Source of the DNA: Octopus sinensis | Lineage: Eukaryota | DNA length: 64,000 nt | NCBI RefSeq assembly: GCF_006345805.1 | Contig: NC_043009.1 | Span: 39,246,001 to 39,310,000, forward strand | Direction of reading: 5' to 3' | Part shown: piece after piece, positions 23,656-37,797 of the stretch | Numbering within the stretch: position 1 is the stretch's first letter | Layout of the letters: each line of letters opens with the position of its first letter | Notes under the pieces: model-generated | What the model was told of the DNA's origin: nothing | What the model saw: only the letters and a program-made list of their open reading frames with translations | Databases searched by the model: none | Made by a program: the position numbers and the translations under genes

Positions 23656-24724
23656 AGTAAAAAAAAAAAAAAGTACTTATGGAAAGCGCTATTTCTTAAA
23701 CACTGCCATGCTTACGCCTAGAAAAATAATTAATAATATTCTTTTTTTTTAATCGCTTAATAACACATAATGCATGACTTGTACACAATGAAGACACAAT
23801 TTATTCTACAGTATCACACGTTAGGGAACAAAAAGCACGTTTTACAATGGCATAAAAGAATGAAATAACTAAAATCATAACAGTAATTTATCGTAGTTTT
23901 TCTGTGATATTTTATCTGTGGATTTTTTCGCCTGTGACATTTCTACAAGTGATTTGTTTTTGTCTCCTAGATTTCATTGTGTAACTCGTAGATTGTAAGG
24001 TTGTGGATGTCATTGCTAACGTGCTTCTATCAGTCTGCAAAATGTTTTGCTGTTAATGTTATATGAATTTATGTAATCATGAACTTCAACTATATTCGCT
24101 GATTAGGTTTATTTTTTCACATTTTTACATTCATTGTTACTCTCCCTCTGTTTCTCCCTCATTCGTTCTCTCTCTCCCTCATTCGTTCTCTCTCTCACTC
24201 TCTCACAGTCTCTCCGACGTACACGCGCACACAAGCACACGCACGCACATATACATTATTAAGTCATTGAAATACACAAACACATGCATTTGGATGAGTG
24301 ATTCTATGAATGCATGGGTACAAGCGAGTGTGTGTATGTGTGTGTATATGTGTGTGTATGTGTATGTGTGCATGTGTACACGGCTATACGCACGCGTGTG
24401 TACATATTATGTTCATAAATATAATCGAAAGCACCATTTCATTAGTGAATGTTCTTGTTTGTCGAATTTTCATTTAGAGCGACAGAGAGAAAAACATCTC
24501 GTAATATACAACGCCATCTGTGTAGCGCTACTGCCGTTACTCAGGAGATAATGGTATCTTCACGTAACTAATGTGTCATAGTTTATACTTCAGATGCAAT
24601 TATGTATTGCACCGGTATATTCCATGCGTCTGGTTTTGAAACATTTATCAGAAATAGCGACTCTGAGATTTTTGCCGCATACTGTGTTATTAGACACAAT
24701 CATCCACAAAAGTATTATTAATTA

Positions 24725-25415
24725 GAAGGCAGCGAGCTGGCAGAAACGTTAGCACGCCGGGCGAAATGCTTAGCGGTATTTCGTCTGCGTGTACCACTTT
24801 AGCAATGACATAGGCGGCGAGCTGGCAGAAACGTTAGCGCGCCGGACGAAATACTTAGCGGTATTTCGTCTGTCGTTACGTTCTGAGTTCAATTTCCGCC
24901 GGGGTCGACTTTGCCTTTCATCCTCTCGGGGTCGATAAATAAAGTACCAGTTACGCACTGGGGTCGATGTAATCGACTTAATACCTATGTCTGTCCTTGT
25001 TTGTCCCCTCTGTGTGTAGCCCCTTGTGGGTAATAAAGAAATAGGTATTTCGTCTGCCGCTACGTTCTGAGTTCAAACTCCGCCGAGGTCGACTTTGCCT
25101 TTCATCCTTTCGGGGTCGATTAAATAAGTACCAGTTACGAACTGGGGTCGATATAATCGACTTAATCCGTTTGTCTGTCCTTGGTTGTCCCCTCTGTGTT
25201 TAGCCCCTTGTGGGTAATAAAGAAATAGGTATTTCGTCTGCCGCTACGTTCTGAGTTCAAATTTCGCGGAGGTCGACTTTGCCTTTCATCCTTTCGGGGT
25301 CGATTAAATAAGTACCAGTTACGCACTGGGGTCGATATAATCGACTTAATCCGTTTATCTGTCCTTGTTTGTCCTCTCTGTGTGCAGCCCCTTGTGTGTA
25401 GTAAAGAAATAAGTA
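24725..25415 (+). mobile_element. SINE family B: duplicated head plus three tandem ~183-185-bp bodies
   Basis: gtatttcgtct recurs at about 24861, 25046 and 25229 with near-identical units. Confidence 0.92.
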
Positions 25416-28400
25416 TTATTAATTAGGATTGCTTTGTGTTTAAGACCATTGCTTTCTAACCACAAGGCTCTCGGTTCCAATCTAGTGCGATCTGTATTGA
25501 ACACGTGCATTGGCCAAAGGCTCAGACTCATCCAAGATTTGCGAGTGATTATTGGTACAGAAACAGATTCTGGTCCAGTAATGCCATGCTTATATTTAGA
25601 TAACTCTGCTATAGAATAACGTGAAGATTACACGTGACTGAAATGATCTATCAATTTACACGCCAATTCGTTGAGTAGGTTGTCCACTTGATCAAACAGC
25701 TGAACACTCGTGCATGAAAATCGACCAAGTATATGTATATGTATGTGTATATATATATATGTGTGTCTGTATGAATGTATTTATGTATAAACACACACAT
25801 ACACACACACATATTTACATACATGTATGGTGCGTGTGTATAAATGCACACATACACACACACACACACATATATATATATGCTCACACGCGCAAATACG
25901 CACACACCTACACACAAAAGGAAATATTAAGTGCTTCTGCGACTGTATAAACACATTAATGAAGTGGCAGAGTGTGGATGTACGCAAATTTACAGATTGT
26001 AGTTGTTATTTACATGAATGGACATATGCGTACGCATACACGACAGTCCGCCCATATATTGCTATACATTTATATTTGTATGCACACTTGTAAATCCATG
26101 TACTTCTCTATTACATCACTAAATTTTCTCGCACTTGTGACTTTTCACTCTATAACATTTAAAACTTTACAGCAAATTAATAACTTTCCTTGTTCTTCGT
26201 GAAGTTGTTTTTTTCTTTCCTTTTACTCTTGTTAGAATCGACGCTTGATTTAATGAAAGGAAATTAATTCCCATGCAGTAATATTTTATTAATTCTCTGC
26301 TTTGTTCTTATAGCTTCAACGACTCTATAAATATAAAGTGGACCCATACAAGTGCTTTTTCGTATTGGATGCTTGGAATTATTTAGTGGAGCGAAAATCA
26401 CGAATAAAGAACGAGCAATCAATAGTACAAAGTCTAAAAGAGAGTGTGTAATTACAAATATTTGATTTAATAGTTTGATACTGTCTTGTAATTTTTAAAA
26501 AACACGTATGCATAAATATATGCAAGTATATGTGTCTGTGTAAGAAAATAAACGAGTTTAGATTATATTCAAAATGACTGATAGTGCTTTTGATATAGAC
26601 TTTTTTCTCATCTTTTCTTAACATACGTTTTCTTCTCCATTCGTTAATTTCCCGGGAGAAAAGATTGGAACCATTCAGGCTAAATTAACGGTTCTATTAC
26701 TTTCTTGAAATTTATGATACTAATCGAATATTTAGCGTTGTTCGACTTGCATGATGATCGAAGATATATTACCCAGAGGAGAATCTGGTAGAATTCAAAC
26801 TGTATTGTTACCCATTTTGCGTTAGAAACGTTTCGTTTATATGTGAAACACATGAAACACGTCTATTTATATGATCAGTCTGTATTATTTATCAATAATA
26901 GACAAACATAATATAACAATCCATGTTCCACACATAATGTAGATAATATAGATATTTTTTTTTTTACAAAAAATTTCTTTGAAAAGTTTCCCCATCTCAA
27001 TTACCCATTCAAGGAATATATGTATATTTTTTTATGACTTGTATATGAACAAACGAAACTAAATGTACTCTTGTGTGTTTATCAGATTACAATCGTGTGT
27101 TTTGTTCGCCAAAAAATAAATAGCACTGATTCTTCGCTTGAATAGCAAGATATTTCTGCTCGAAAACATGTAGCATAGAGAAGGTAATGTGTCTTGGGGC
27201 AAAATTAGATATTTTAAATTTAGATTTCACCTGGATACTAATCATTGTGGAGTGCAAATGAGTTCTAAATTATCTTTGGTATAGCAACATTCTGGCACGA
27301 ACTAACATTTATTTTACATGAAATTTGAAAATAAAATTCAAGTTGCTCATATTTGCAAATTCAATTTTTAATCCCTTTATAAGATAAAATACTTCTGCAA
27401 ATATGAATTTTAAAAGTCCTTAAAAATTCTTAACTGAAAATAAAGCAACCGGATATTTTTTAATGTTAACTTTAATCATTTAGCTACTAACTTTCAGAAT
27501 TTTCGAATGTTGTTTATTTCTTTTCTTAAATATAATTCTCTATTATTTCTATTTTTATACTTCCAATGAATGATTTCTTGTATCTGGAAGTTCTGAAGCT
27601 TAACCAGCGCTTCAGCATAATGAGGCCTTGCGTGATAGATCTGAATATGACGCCATTCCGACGCTTGTTCTCCCCTGCGAGAGAATTTCAACATAACACT
27701 GCAAACTAATCAAATGCTCTTGCATTATATCGTCAAATGCTTAATGTGGTGAATCATAAAGTTCGTGTGTAGATGTACTGGCCTGTTTTAAAAAAATCCG
27801 TTCTTAATGTTGCCCCGTTAATCCCTCAGCAAACACCAACATTATATTGAATTGGCCAGCGGGGAGTCCAATTTCTTTACTTTGTCAGTCTACATGATCG
27901 GGGTTCTCCAATATATCTGCGACTTAATAGTTCCACCATACGAAGAAGTGATTTTGTGCTCTACAACTGTCAGTCATCAATTTCCTAAGGTAATAATTTA
28001 TTAAACAAATCATGCTCTATAATAAATGTATCAACCAGCTATTTTACATACATATTGATTTCATAGCAAAGACACTAGTCATAAATAAATAATGGTGGGG
28101 TAATCGATTATGTTCATGCTTTTTTTTTCAAGATCATAAAAAGTGAAAATGAGTTGAAAGAATTCCATCGGGGCCATATAAGCTACTCTATGTATTTGGT
28201 TTCCTGATAACTTAACCCTATAAATATCTCATATTGTACAACAACTGATGTCTTTTTGATGAGCAGTAGGGTTCCAAGTAGGATGTTGGTGAGAAATTCA
28301 TGGCTTTTAAAAGTGACACTCAAGAAGTAAATCCCAGCAGCGCACTGATCGACTTTCTCTATTATATTTGTCATTCCATTAGCTTACATCTCACTCTAAG

Positions 28401-28869
28401 GTATTCTCTTTTGTTAAAGGAATATACATCTCTGTCGCTTTTTCGTATATCATTAAATCAGCTGAAATGTAATGTAAGTATTATCTTAGGAAGAACACGG
28501 TGTGTTGGTAGAAACGGTGATGTACTGGAATAAACACCTTGATTTATTTATATTCTCTCTTCAACATCACGAGCTTAAATACCGCTGAGGCTGAGTTTGC
28601 TATTCATGTTTATTGAATACGTTTCAAGCAGAAACGAGAGAAATTATTATATGAAAAAGGGTGAAGAGGTTGAAATATAAGAATTGATGATTTGGAGTTG
28701 GTGAATTTTTAATTCTGAATCTGCAGGTATCAAATTTACATTTCATTTCATCTCGATCACCAACGAGACCTCTATATGGTTGGTTGCCTGAACTGCTAGA
28801 AATACCAATGACATTTTCCTTAAACCATAACTTTTCAGTCTTAAAATATCTTATACTACATCGGATAAT

Positions 28870-29215
28870 ACAGTATGGAAAATGCTGGGATATTTCTGAT
28901 CGTAAGTCTACATAGTGGACTGACCTGGTGTTAAGGGACAGCAAATGCGGTTTACTATATTACACTAGGGATAGTATCATCCCTTTCAATGTAATGTATG
29001 CCAGAAGACTTGCAAATCTAACGGAGGCCTTAAAAGACATTTTACGATCCACAAAGATCAGAACTTATCTGCAGCTCTTGGTGGTCCAAATCGGATATGC
29101 AATCTATGTCGATGTCTTTTCAGAACATTGTCTGGTTTAAAAAGCTACATCAGATGCCATGATGGTTCTAAGGTGTAGGTACAGGAGGTGGTCAAACGAG
29201 TAGACAACCACCATA
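28870..29215 (+). pseudogene. RTE-like LINE 3' end remnant with terminal zinc-finger-like motif
   Basis: PNRICNLCRCLFRTLSGLKSYIRCH* followed by gaggtggtc...gacaaccacc and (TA)n. Confidence 0.5.
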
Positions 29216-29269
29216 TATATATATATATATAAATGATATATAAATATATGCATATATACATACATATAT

Positions 29270-29500
29270 CTACATACCTACATATATATGTTTACATACA
29301 TGCGTATATGGGTACAGGACATCAAAAAAATCGTTGAACACAACGAGAAACGAAAACATAAAAACAAAAACATGGAAACGAACTTTTTTTAAACAACGAA
29401 AAAACAGAGAAACGAGACATACAACACACGCAATATTCCCCTTCTTGAGTTGTCCCTGTTTCATCTACTCCGCGTTTCGAAGGTAAGGTCAAGATGCGAC
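29270..29500 (-). mobile_element. Non-autonomous interspersed repeat, copy 2 (cf. 1016-1330), with permuted hammerhead-like strands at 29438-29498
   Basis: Minus strand: CGCAT-C TTGACCTT A CCTTC GAAA CGCG (13 nt) AGGGACAA CTCAAGA A GGGG. Confidence 0.8.
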
Positions 29501-32500
29501 AAATATATATGCTGCTTTTTCTTCATATGTATTTTCTTACAAAAAATGAGCAACACAGTACTCTAGTCACAAACCACTTGTTATACCTTCAGTAATGAAA
29601 CCATTAGTTTTACTGGACGCAAATAGCATTATTTTGTTTAAAATTATAGGAAATGGGAAACAAAAATGATTTAATTACATAAAGCTTGATAGAGGTTCAG
29701 CAATTTCTTTCTTTCTTTTTTGTTTTTGCTAGACAAAAATGCCTTCTGTTTTGAGACGAATTGCTAACAAAAGTTTCATATCCATGTCTTTTCCAAGTAA
29801 CAAATGATTTATATTCTCTTCAATCAAGACTTACAAAAGATGTTGCCACTAAGACTTTCATAAATAATGTATATATCTGATTGATGACTATGATCAAGAA
29901 ACTTTTAAAGGGTTTAATAATTAATCAGTATAGTTTTTGTTGTTTAGTCCAGTCAGTTTTTATTATGCATAACTATGATGAAAGGTCTTCCCAATCCAGT
30001 TAACATTCAAGTACAGTATATCTCTGACTACCGTATCTTAGGTGACATAGCGACTATTATTACCCTGTCGAGCGACCTGCTACTAGTACATACCAGCACG
30101 TTGGGAAAATGTTTATAAAAGAACAAAATACCAAAATACGCAGGCAACAATATTTCTTTTGTCCTTCTTTGTACTAAATCGAACGTTGAAATTAGTACGC
30201 TCGATTAAATATTACTTATAAACTGCTTCATTTCAATCCACTACACTGTCTCCTTCTAAAGGTGGACCTTGCACTTAGAGAAATAAATGTTTTATGAATC
30301 TATGTGATGTAAAAATTCACTTCATTGACATCACAAGTACCTTCGACAAATCCATTTCTACATTTCCTTAACAACTTATGACCTCATTGTTGCCTTAAAA
30401 ATCGATATGTATAAGTTTTATTCAATAAAATATTTCTTAAATGTTTATATACTGCATGGCTATTTAGTTGTGCAAACACCTAGTAACGTATCTAAAATGA
30501 GAGATGAGAGAAAAGATGGGTAAGGAAAGACTATGAATTGAAGAGAGGCCAAGCATGATATTAGTTCTCCAGTTAGGTCTTCCCTTGGCTTGCAAATATT
30601 TGTGTTTGTTCCTTATCCAGTTACTTAAGGTCGATAAGTTGAGATATGTGTATATTTACTCATGAATATATAAGCATTTAACGCCTTCACTTATATGGAC
30701 CAGGCGTGATATATTTCTCTTTGTCGGTTTTGTCTAAGGAGGTTAGGAATCGCTCGAGCAAACTCTGGCTGACTTTATTACCTTGTGTACATAAGACAAC
30801 ACAACAAAGTGATGCTATGAAATATATTTGCTGACAACAGACCCACCAAATTATTGACCAGACATCTGACTGTTCAATGAAATTCAATGAATTCCTTTGC
30901 AAACAAAAATACAATAACGCCTGAAATAAAAAAAAAAATTCACCCGCTGTTACTAATCTGAGAACAAACAAACCACTGGCACCGGATACGTGAACAGTTT
31001 CTAAATATAATTTCGGCAGCTTAAGAAACCGCTTTATTTAACATTTGCGGTCAGTTGATTTTTCCCGAGGCAATGCCATAAATATCTTTTTCTAATGGAA
31101 AGGCAATATAGGATAAGGAAATACTGTCACGCCCTGCAGTCATAACATGCTGCCTGCTCCATTCGGTGGTTTAGCAAATATTTCACTTAAAGCATAAGTT
31201 ATTTCTTTTCCTCTTTTCTTAGAATAAAGATTTTTATAAAAATAAATCTCTAAAGTATTTTAATGATCAATAATGAAAAGTGAATTTCGAAATCACCAAA
31301 TTTTGCTCATATCTATGAAGATGTTTACATTGAATGTATTAGATTTCTAACAATATCGAAATGCTCTCTCACCACTGAAATCATTCGAGCATTGAGGTAT
31401 TGTGGTTGATAAATTTGACTTTATTCCTCATTCTGCAGAGAATCGACACGCATTCTTGATGCGTGATATAGTTTACTTGGTAATGTTAATGAGATAATAA
31501 TCTATTCGCTGTACTGTAAATTATTGCTTGTGCAAAGGCTTGATATGGAACGAGTTCCTAAGAGATTCAGTACTGCATTGTATTAATCCTGAGAGGTAGT
31601 GCGACATAGGAAGCATTATTCTAAGCAGAGGAAAAGAAGAGTTGATGAGCAGTTCTTTGTGTAGTTCAGTTGCACGGGTGACGCATTAATGTCATGTAAT
31701 AGAGCACATTTATTACATTTATTACTCTTCTTTTTCTGTCTTAGAACAAAGGTATTTTAAACATAAATCTATAAAGTTGGTTTATTCACTAATATTTCAT
31801 TATAAAATAAAAATTTGATTCCACTATCTGATCGTACGCATCTAGCTCAGAGCAGGATACTGTTCAGCCATCCATATTCCTTCTGTGCTTTTGTCGCCTC
31901 ACCTATATTTGCTACGTCTAATAGTTCCAGTATCAAATTCCTCTGTTTTTACTATGTAAATTTGTGCTAATGGTGGTCGTAAATCAATTACATTTCAAAG
32001 ACAAGGAAAATAATTTAATTGCAATTGACTTTTCTTGATAAATCATCAACAAGCTTCATTCTCATTTCCCTCCTATTCTATAAACCTGCCATCTTGTTCT
32101 CATGAAATAAATCAATAATTTACCAACATTATTAAATAATTATGGAACAATCTATCATATTATCGCTTATAATAAACCATCTAGCATCTATGTTTTATTT
32201 TTACACGTGAAAAATAGATAGACTTGATTTTGACTGGCAAACGTGGGTAAAAATTCGTAACCCAGTTATTTGGGAAGCATGGCATGAAAATTTTTCATTC
32301 AAGCTCAATAAATATTGTATTTTTAAGTTAGTAATTTAAAATAACTTTAGTGTGATTTCATCCGTATAGGCAAATATGGATATCCAAATATCTACACAAA
32401 AACAATTTTTGCAATGTGTTTACTTTATTTTCTGTCATTTTATATTCAATATGTTCAGTAGTTGCAACAGGCGAATAATCTCAGATCGATATTCAAAACT

Positions 32501-33099
32501 GGTTTCCATTATGTCAGATTGCCACCTTTTGTATTAAACAATTCACGTCTGCTGGATACCATATCCGCACGTTTGAAACAGGCACCCCCCCCCCAAAAAA
32601 AAAATAATAATAGTAATAAAAGCAAAAGAACAAAAAGAGAAACGGGGGGAAAAAACTACACCTTCCGATTACACATAGTTTGTTCTCGCATGGGTTATTC
32701 TTTCTTTGGCCTTGAAATATGGTGGGCTGCGACGATTCTACACCCTCTTCATCTTTCTGCTTATGACCTTCATAGAAAGAAGTCAAACGCTGTTATAAAC
32801 ACAAGGCCTCACCTTCTTTTAATATATACAGGAGGAGAAATCTAAGCCTGCTAGGGAATTTTTCCCTGTGTTTCTGATCCGTTTCAAATACCTTATGATG
32901 ATGATCTTTAGAAACTGTAACTACGTTTCAATCATTTTAACTTGAACACAACTACGTTTTCTTTATGTTGATTATATTATTAATGTTTAAGTGTCAAAAT
33001 CAATAGATTGTGGTGCCTCAAAATACATTTCTCCGGCTCTTTACGCTTTGGCTTTAAATTCCATGCCTCTACAATTTACTCCCTCATCCACATTCGTAT

Positions 33100-33690
33100 T
33101 AAGGCGGCGAGATGGCAGCATCGTTAGCACGCCCGACGAAATTCTTAGAGCTATTCCGCCCGTCGTTACGTTCTGAGTTCAAATTCCGTCGAAGTTGACT
33201 TTACATTTCATCCTTTTGGGGTCGATAAAATAAATACCAGTACAAAATTGGGATCGATGTAATCGATTATTCATCCCCTCCCCACCAAACATTGCTGCCC
33301 TTGTGGCAAAATTTGAAACCATTATTATTATTGTTATTCTTGTTGTTGTTATTGTTGTTAATAGCCCTTTCCACAATAGGCACAAGGCCAGCAATTTCGG
33401 AGAAGCGGGTAAGTCGATTATATCGACCCCGGTTTCAACCGGTACTTATTACATTAACTCCGAAAACATGAAAGGTAAAGTCAGCCTCAGAACGTAAAGA
33501 CGGATGAAATGTCGGTAAATATTTTGCGTGATGTTCTGAGTTCAAATTCCACTGAGTTTGACATTGCCTTTCATTCTTTCGAGGTCGATAAATTAAGAAC
33601 CAATGAAACACTGGGGTCGCTGTAATCAACTAGTCCTCTCCCCCAAAGTTTCAAGCTTTGTGACTTCAAAAGAAAGAATTATTATTATTA
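33100..33690. mobile_element. Three SINE family B copies (+, -, +)
   Basis: ggcggcgagatggcagc head at 33103; reverse copy at 33360-33530; plus copy at 33520-33690. Confidence 0.8.
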
Positions 33691-33877
33691 TTATCATCAT
33701 TATTGAAAGATTCGTTTATATATTTACGTAACAGCATATTAACTATGACCTCTTTAGGCAATAAAAATATGTTTTGATATATCATATCTCATAAATAGTA
33801 ATCTCTCGACTAACAAAATATATAACGCTGTGGTATTTGTACATATAACACCAATACACACGCACATTTGCATATAA

Positions 33878-33908
<31 letters not shown>

Positions 33909-34429
33909 AAGAGAAAGAGAAAGAGAGACAGGGAGAGAGAGAAAGAAAGAAAGAAGTATTAGACATATAAATTCTTTCTATGTATATACAATTTTTTATT
34001 TTATTGAAAGTTGTCCAGTTACAAATATATTAAGATAACATTTGCTTACAAATTTGCAAGTCTGACGTTTTCATGTTTGTGTGTGTGTGTGTGTGTGTTT
34101 TCATAAAACATGTTTGTATAGAGTCTTAATTATAAGCGTTCCCCTCGAGAGAAATTTCTCAGTTCAATATAAGTAACATTCATTTTCATATACAGCTTGC
34201 TTATATTATAATAATTAAGATTTTTTTTTTTCCTACAGGTGTTTTTCATTCTGCTATGCCTCTATGCAGAAAACATTGCCTCATCGCATTCTGCAGCATA
34301 TAATTTCTAAAAGGAAAGAATATATGTGATGATTATCCTGTCACGAGCGAAACAGGATAAGCCAAATCTCCAGTAATTGAAATTTCCCGTATCTTTTAAA
34401 TCAATTTGACTATGCAATCCGACATGATA

Positions 34430-34444
34430 TATTATTATTATTAC

Positions 34445-34496
<52 letters not shown>

Positions 34497-34534
34497 ATTA
34501 TTATTATTATTACTGTCGTCGTCATCCTCATCAC

Positions 34535-34590
<56 letters not shown>
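34430..34590. repeat. (TTA)n microsatellite with a (CGT/CAT) interruption
   Basis: Directly visible. Confidence 0.95.
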
Positions 34591-34591
<1 letters not shown>

Positions 34592-35079
34592 ATGAAAACG
34601 TATCCCGCGTAATTGAATATGATGATGTATGGTTAGATTTTGTTTTTGCTTGGCAACCATTGAGACACATCTATTTTAATCTTCTCTGACATGTCGATGT
34701 TATAGATGACCGACAGAGGAGTTTCTTCTCTCATCAAACATATTTGAGACAAAAAAAAAAAAGAGAAAACAGACAAACAAAACAAAGCAAAACAAAACAA
34801 GATTCTATCAAGATGGTTTTTTACTATATTATCTATTATTTTTTTTATGTATAAAAATATATCATTTGCTTATAATTGAGTGGTTCCCTGTAACTTCTGG
34901 AGAAAGAGAATACAGTGTAATGAACTTTCACATGCATAGCGAGAAGGTTGTTGGTTCTTTTCTATGCTTATATCATTTGTTGTCTGTAATAAATCCTAAC
35001 ATTATTTCAACTATATACGCATATATATTCTTTTACTCTTTTACTTGTTTCGTCATTTGACTGCGGCCATGTTAGAGCA

Positions 35080-35139
<60 letters not shown>

Positions 35140-35236
35140 GCATACATATATATGTATATATGTGTCTGTCTGCATGCATGTATGTATGGACTATATACAC
35201 GCATGTGTATATATATGTATGCATACATATGTATAC

Positions 35237-35282
<46 letters not shown>

Positions 35283-35393
35283 GTTTTGGTACATACAACT
35301 ATCGATAGCAATGCAGCACATAGTCGCCGTCATAGTCGTCATCATCGTCGTCATCATCATCATCTCCACCACCACCAACACTACCACCATCAG

Positions 35394-35424
<31 letters not shown>

Positions 35425-35999
35425 GACATCTTTCATTGAATCGTTATCTCCTACCGAATATTTCGATAATGACTATATAAAACTATTTCTGACCTGTAAG
35501 AACCCTAGCAAATAGATCAGGACAGATCTGGAGTGCGGTAGCAATGCAGTTGGGATCCGAGGGCTCATTTTGTCAGCTTGCTTTCCTCTCTCGATGCGTT
35601 CCTACTTTCAGCCTGTTTCCCTAATGGTTACTTCCACGGCAGTGACGTCCAACATTGCATTTTTCGCTTCATGACGGACGAGAAATCAATATTTGATGCT
35701 ATGTTTATTGGAAGTACTTTATGTTCCTTCAACATACATAATACTAAATACAAGTAACCAAGAGGTCAACTACTGGCTTTTGATTTCTCTCTTGAAACTA
35801 TATACACCCCCAAGAAAAGCATAAATCTGTCAGCATTACTTTTAGGCGCAATAAATTTGACGATGTATATCTATTTAATAAATCTCTGTTTCTCACTTAC
35901 GTTATAGAAGGGATGGAAGTGGAGAGAAAGAAGTGGAGAAAGAGGTAAAATGAAAAACACTTTGTGAGAAGAAATCTCTACACTGTCGAGACAGAATAC

Positions 36000-36191
36000 T
36001 AGTACAGCCAGGCTGGGGTATCTCCTTGGAGTATTTTGTCGAACGAATCAGCCCAAGTACTTACTTTACTTTAAAAACTTAATCGCTTAATCGCTTGTTA
36101 TTTTTTGTCGAATCGCAGGGAAGTAAACAAACCAACACCGGTTGTCAAGTGTTGGTCGCGGACCAGCACGAAACTAAGACACACCCCTACG

Positions 36192-36222
<31 letters not shown>

Positions 36223-36246
36223 CACACACGTATACACACACGCGCG

Positions 36247-36283
<37 letters not shown>

Positions 36284-36685
36284 TATGGGCGCAGGCGTGG
36301 CTGTGTGGTAAGTAGCTTGCTTACCAACCACATGGTTCGGGGTTCAGTCCTACTGCATGGTACCTTCTACTATAGCCTCGGGCTTGTGAGTGGATTAGGT
36401 AGACGGAAACTGATAAGAAGCTCATAGTATATATATATATATATGTATGTTTGTGCGTGTATGTTTGTGTGTGTGTGTGTATTTATATATATATATGTGT
36501 GTGTGTGTGTTTGTGTTTGACAACCGATGCTAGTGTGTTCACGTTCCCATAATCTAGAGGTTCGGTAAGCACTAGGCTTACAAAGAATAAGTCTGGGGGT
36601 CGATTTGCTCGACTAAAAGCGGTGCTCCAGCATGGCCGCAGTCAAATGACTGAAACAAGTAAATGAATAAAAGAAATACACACAC

Positions 36686-36722
<37 letters not shown>

Positions 36723-36885
36723 CACTACTTGGTTGTTGCTGTTTCCGTCTACCCAACTCCTCTTATAAGGCTTTGGTTCGCCCGAGGCTCTATTAGAAAA
36801 CACTTGTCCAAAGCACCAGTCATTGGAATTGAACTCACAACCATGCAGTCAGGAAACAAGCTTCTTACCGCACAGCCACGATTGA
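36000..36885. mobile_element. Three SINE family A copies or fragments (minus 36000-36200, plus 36288-36670, minus 36735-36885)
   Basis: Head ggcgcaggcgtggctgtgtggtaagtagcttgc at about 36288; tail ggtgctccagcatggccgcagtcaaatgactgaaac; flanking reverse fragments. Confidence 0.85.
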
Positions 36886-37342
36886 GTCTATTCGTACATT
36901 ATTCGTTTTTTCAAAATGTTGTTAGAAGTTCATGCTTTATTTTAATCTGATGGGCATCCGTGAAGTAAATATCATTATTATGGAGAAATACAATTCATAA
37001 TTTGTATTCTGCTTGTAGAACTTATTGATCCTAGTTCAAGTGAATATTTATGAATATCAAAAAATATAGCGAAATGAATGTTTGAACATATTTCGATATT
37101 TTCATTGATAATCTATCAGCAGATTGGGTTGGGGTAAAATAAGTGGGCGTAACGGAACATATTCTGTGAAACACAGTTTTGTTAATGAACACAAAATATA
37201 TAAAACAGTTATAAAAGTAAAAGAAAAAAAATGATAAGGAATTAAAGAGAAATATCGCGAATACAAGCGACAGAAGAAGGGTCCTGGGAAGAATATAGAA
37301 TGTAAACTTATTCGGCAAGGTACTTAGCTTGGAGGTCAGGGA

Positions 37343-37530
37343 CTTCTCCATCTTAAATTACTATTTCTCTGCATTGAGAGGTCACAGCTCCATTATGATG
37401 GACATATAGTTAGAATGTGGCAGGAACGAATCATAAGGCGGTCTCTTCATGCTGAGCCTACGCATAGGAGATCTGCGAGTAGACCTAGAACGAAATGATT
37501 TGATAATAACCATAGTCACAGATACTCGCA
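37343..37530 (+). pseudogene. RTE LINE C-terminal fragment
   Basis: IERSQLHYDGHIVRMWQERIIRRSLHAEPTHRRSASRPRTK resembles the RTE LRWxGHVxRM...R.RGRP motif. Confidence 0.65.
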
Positions 37531-37605
37531 CTTGAGTATCCAACCGCAAAGCGTAATGACTGTTTTTTGCTGATTGGACTCTGCAGAGGAGTACAGTTCT
37601 ATATT

Positions 37606-37797
37606 TAAGAGAGGAGGAATTATGTACATTATTTACATTGTTTACAACTGACAGATATTTATCCTCGTCTTGTTTGTTGTTAATACAACGTTTCGGCTGA
37701 TATACCCTCCAGCCTTCATCATTATTATTATTCAGGTCACTGCCTATAATCGAACTGGGAATCTTGGGGTTAGTAGCCTGCGCTCTTAACTATTACG
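37606..37797 (-). mobile_element. tRNA-headed element with truncated hammerhead-like tail
   Basis: Head cgtaatagttaagagcgc...gttcgatt; (TAA)n; then aTGATGA a GGCTG gagggtatat CAGCC GAAAC GTT GTA. Confidence 0.6.

Noticed and set aside
34238-34310. Strong splice acceptor (T-run-CCTACAG) followed by a short open frame
   Set aside because: Stops after about 23 codons, has no recognisable product and no linked exons.
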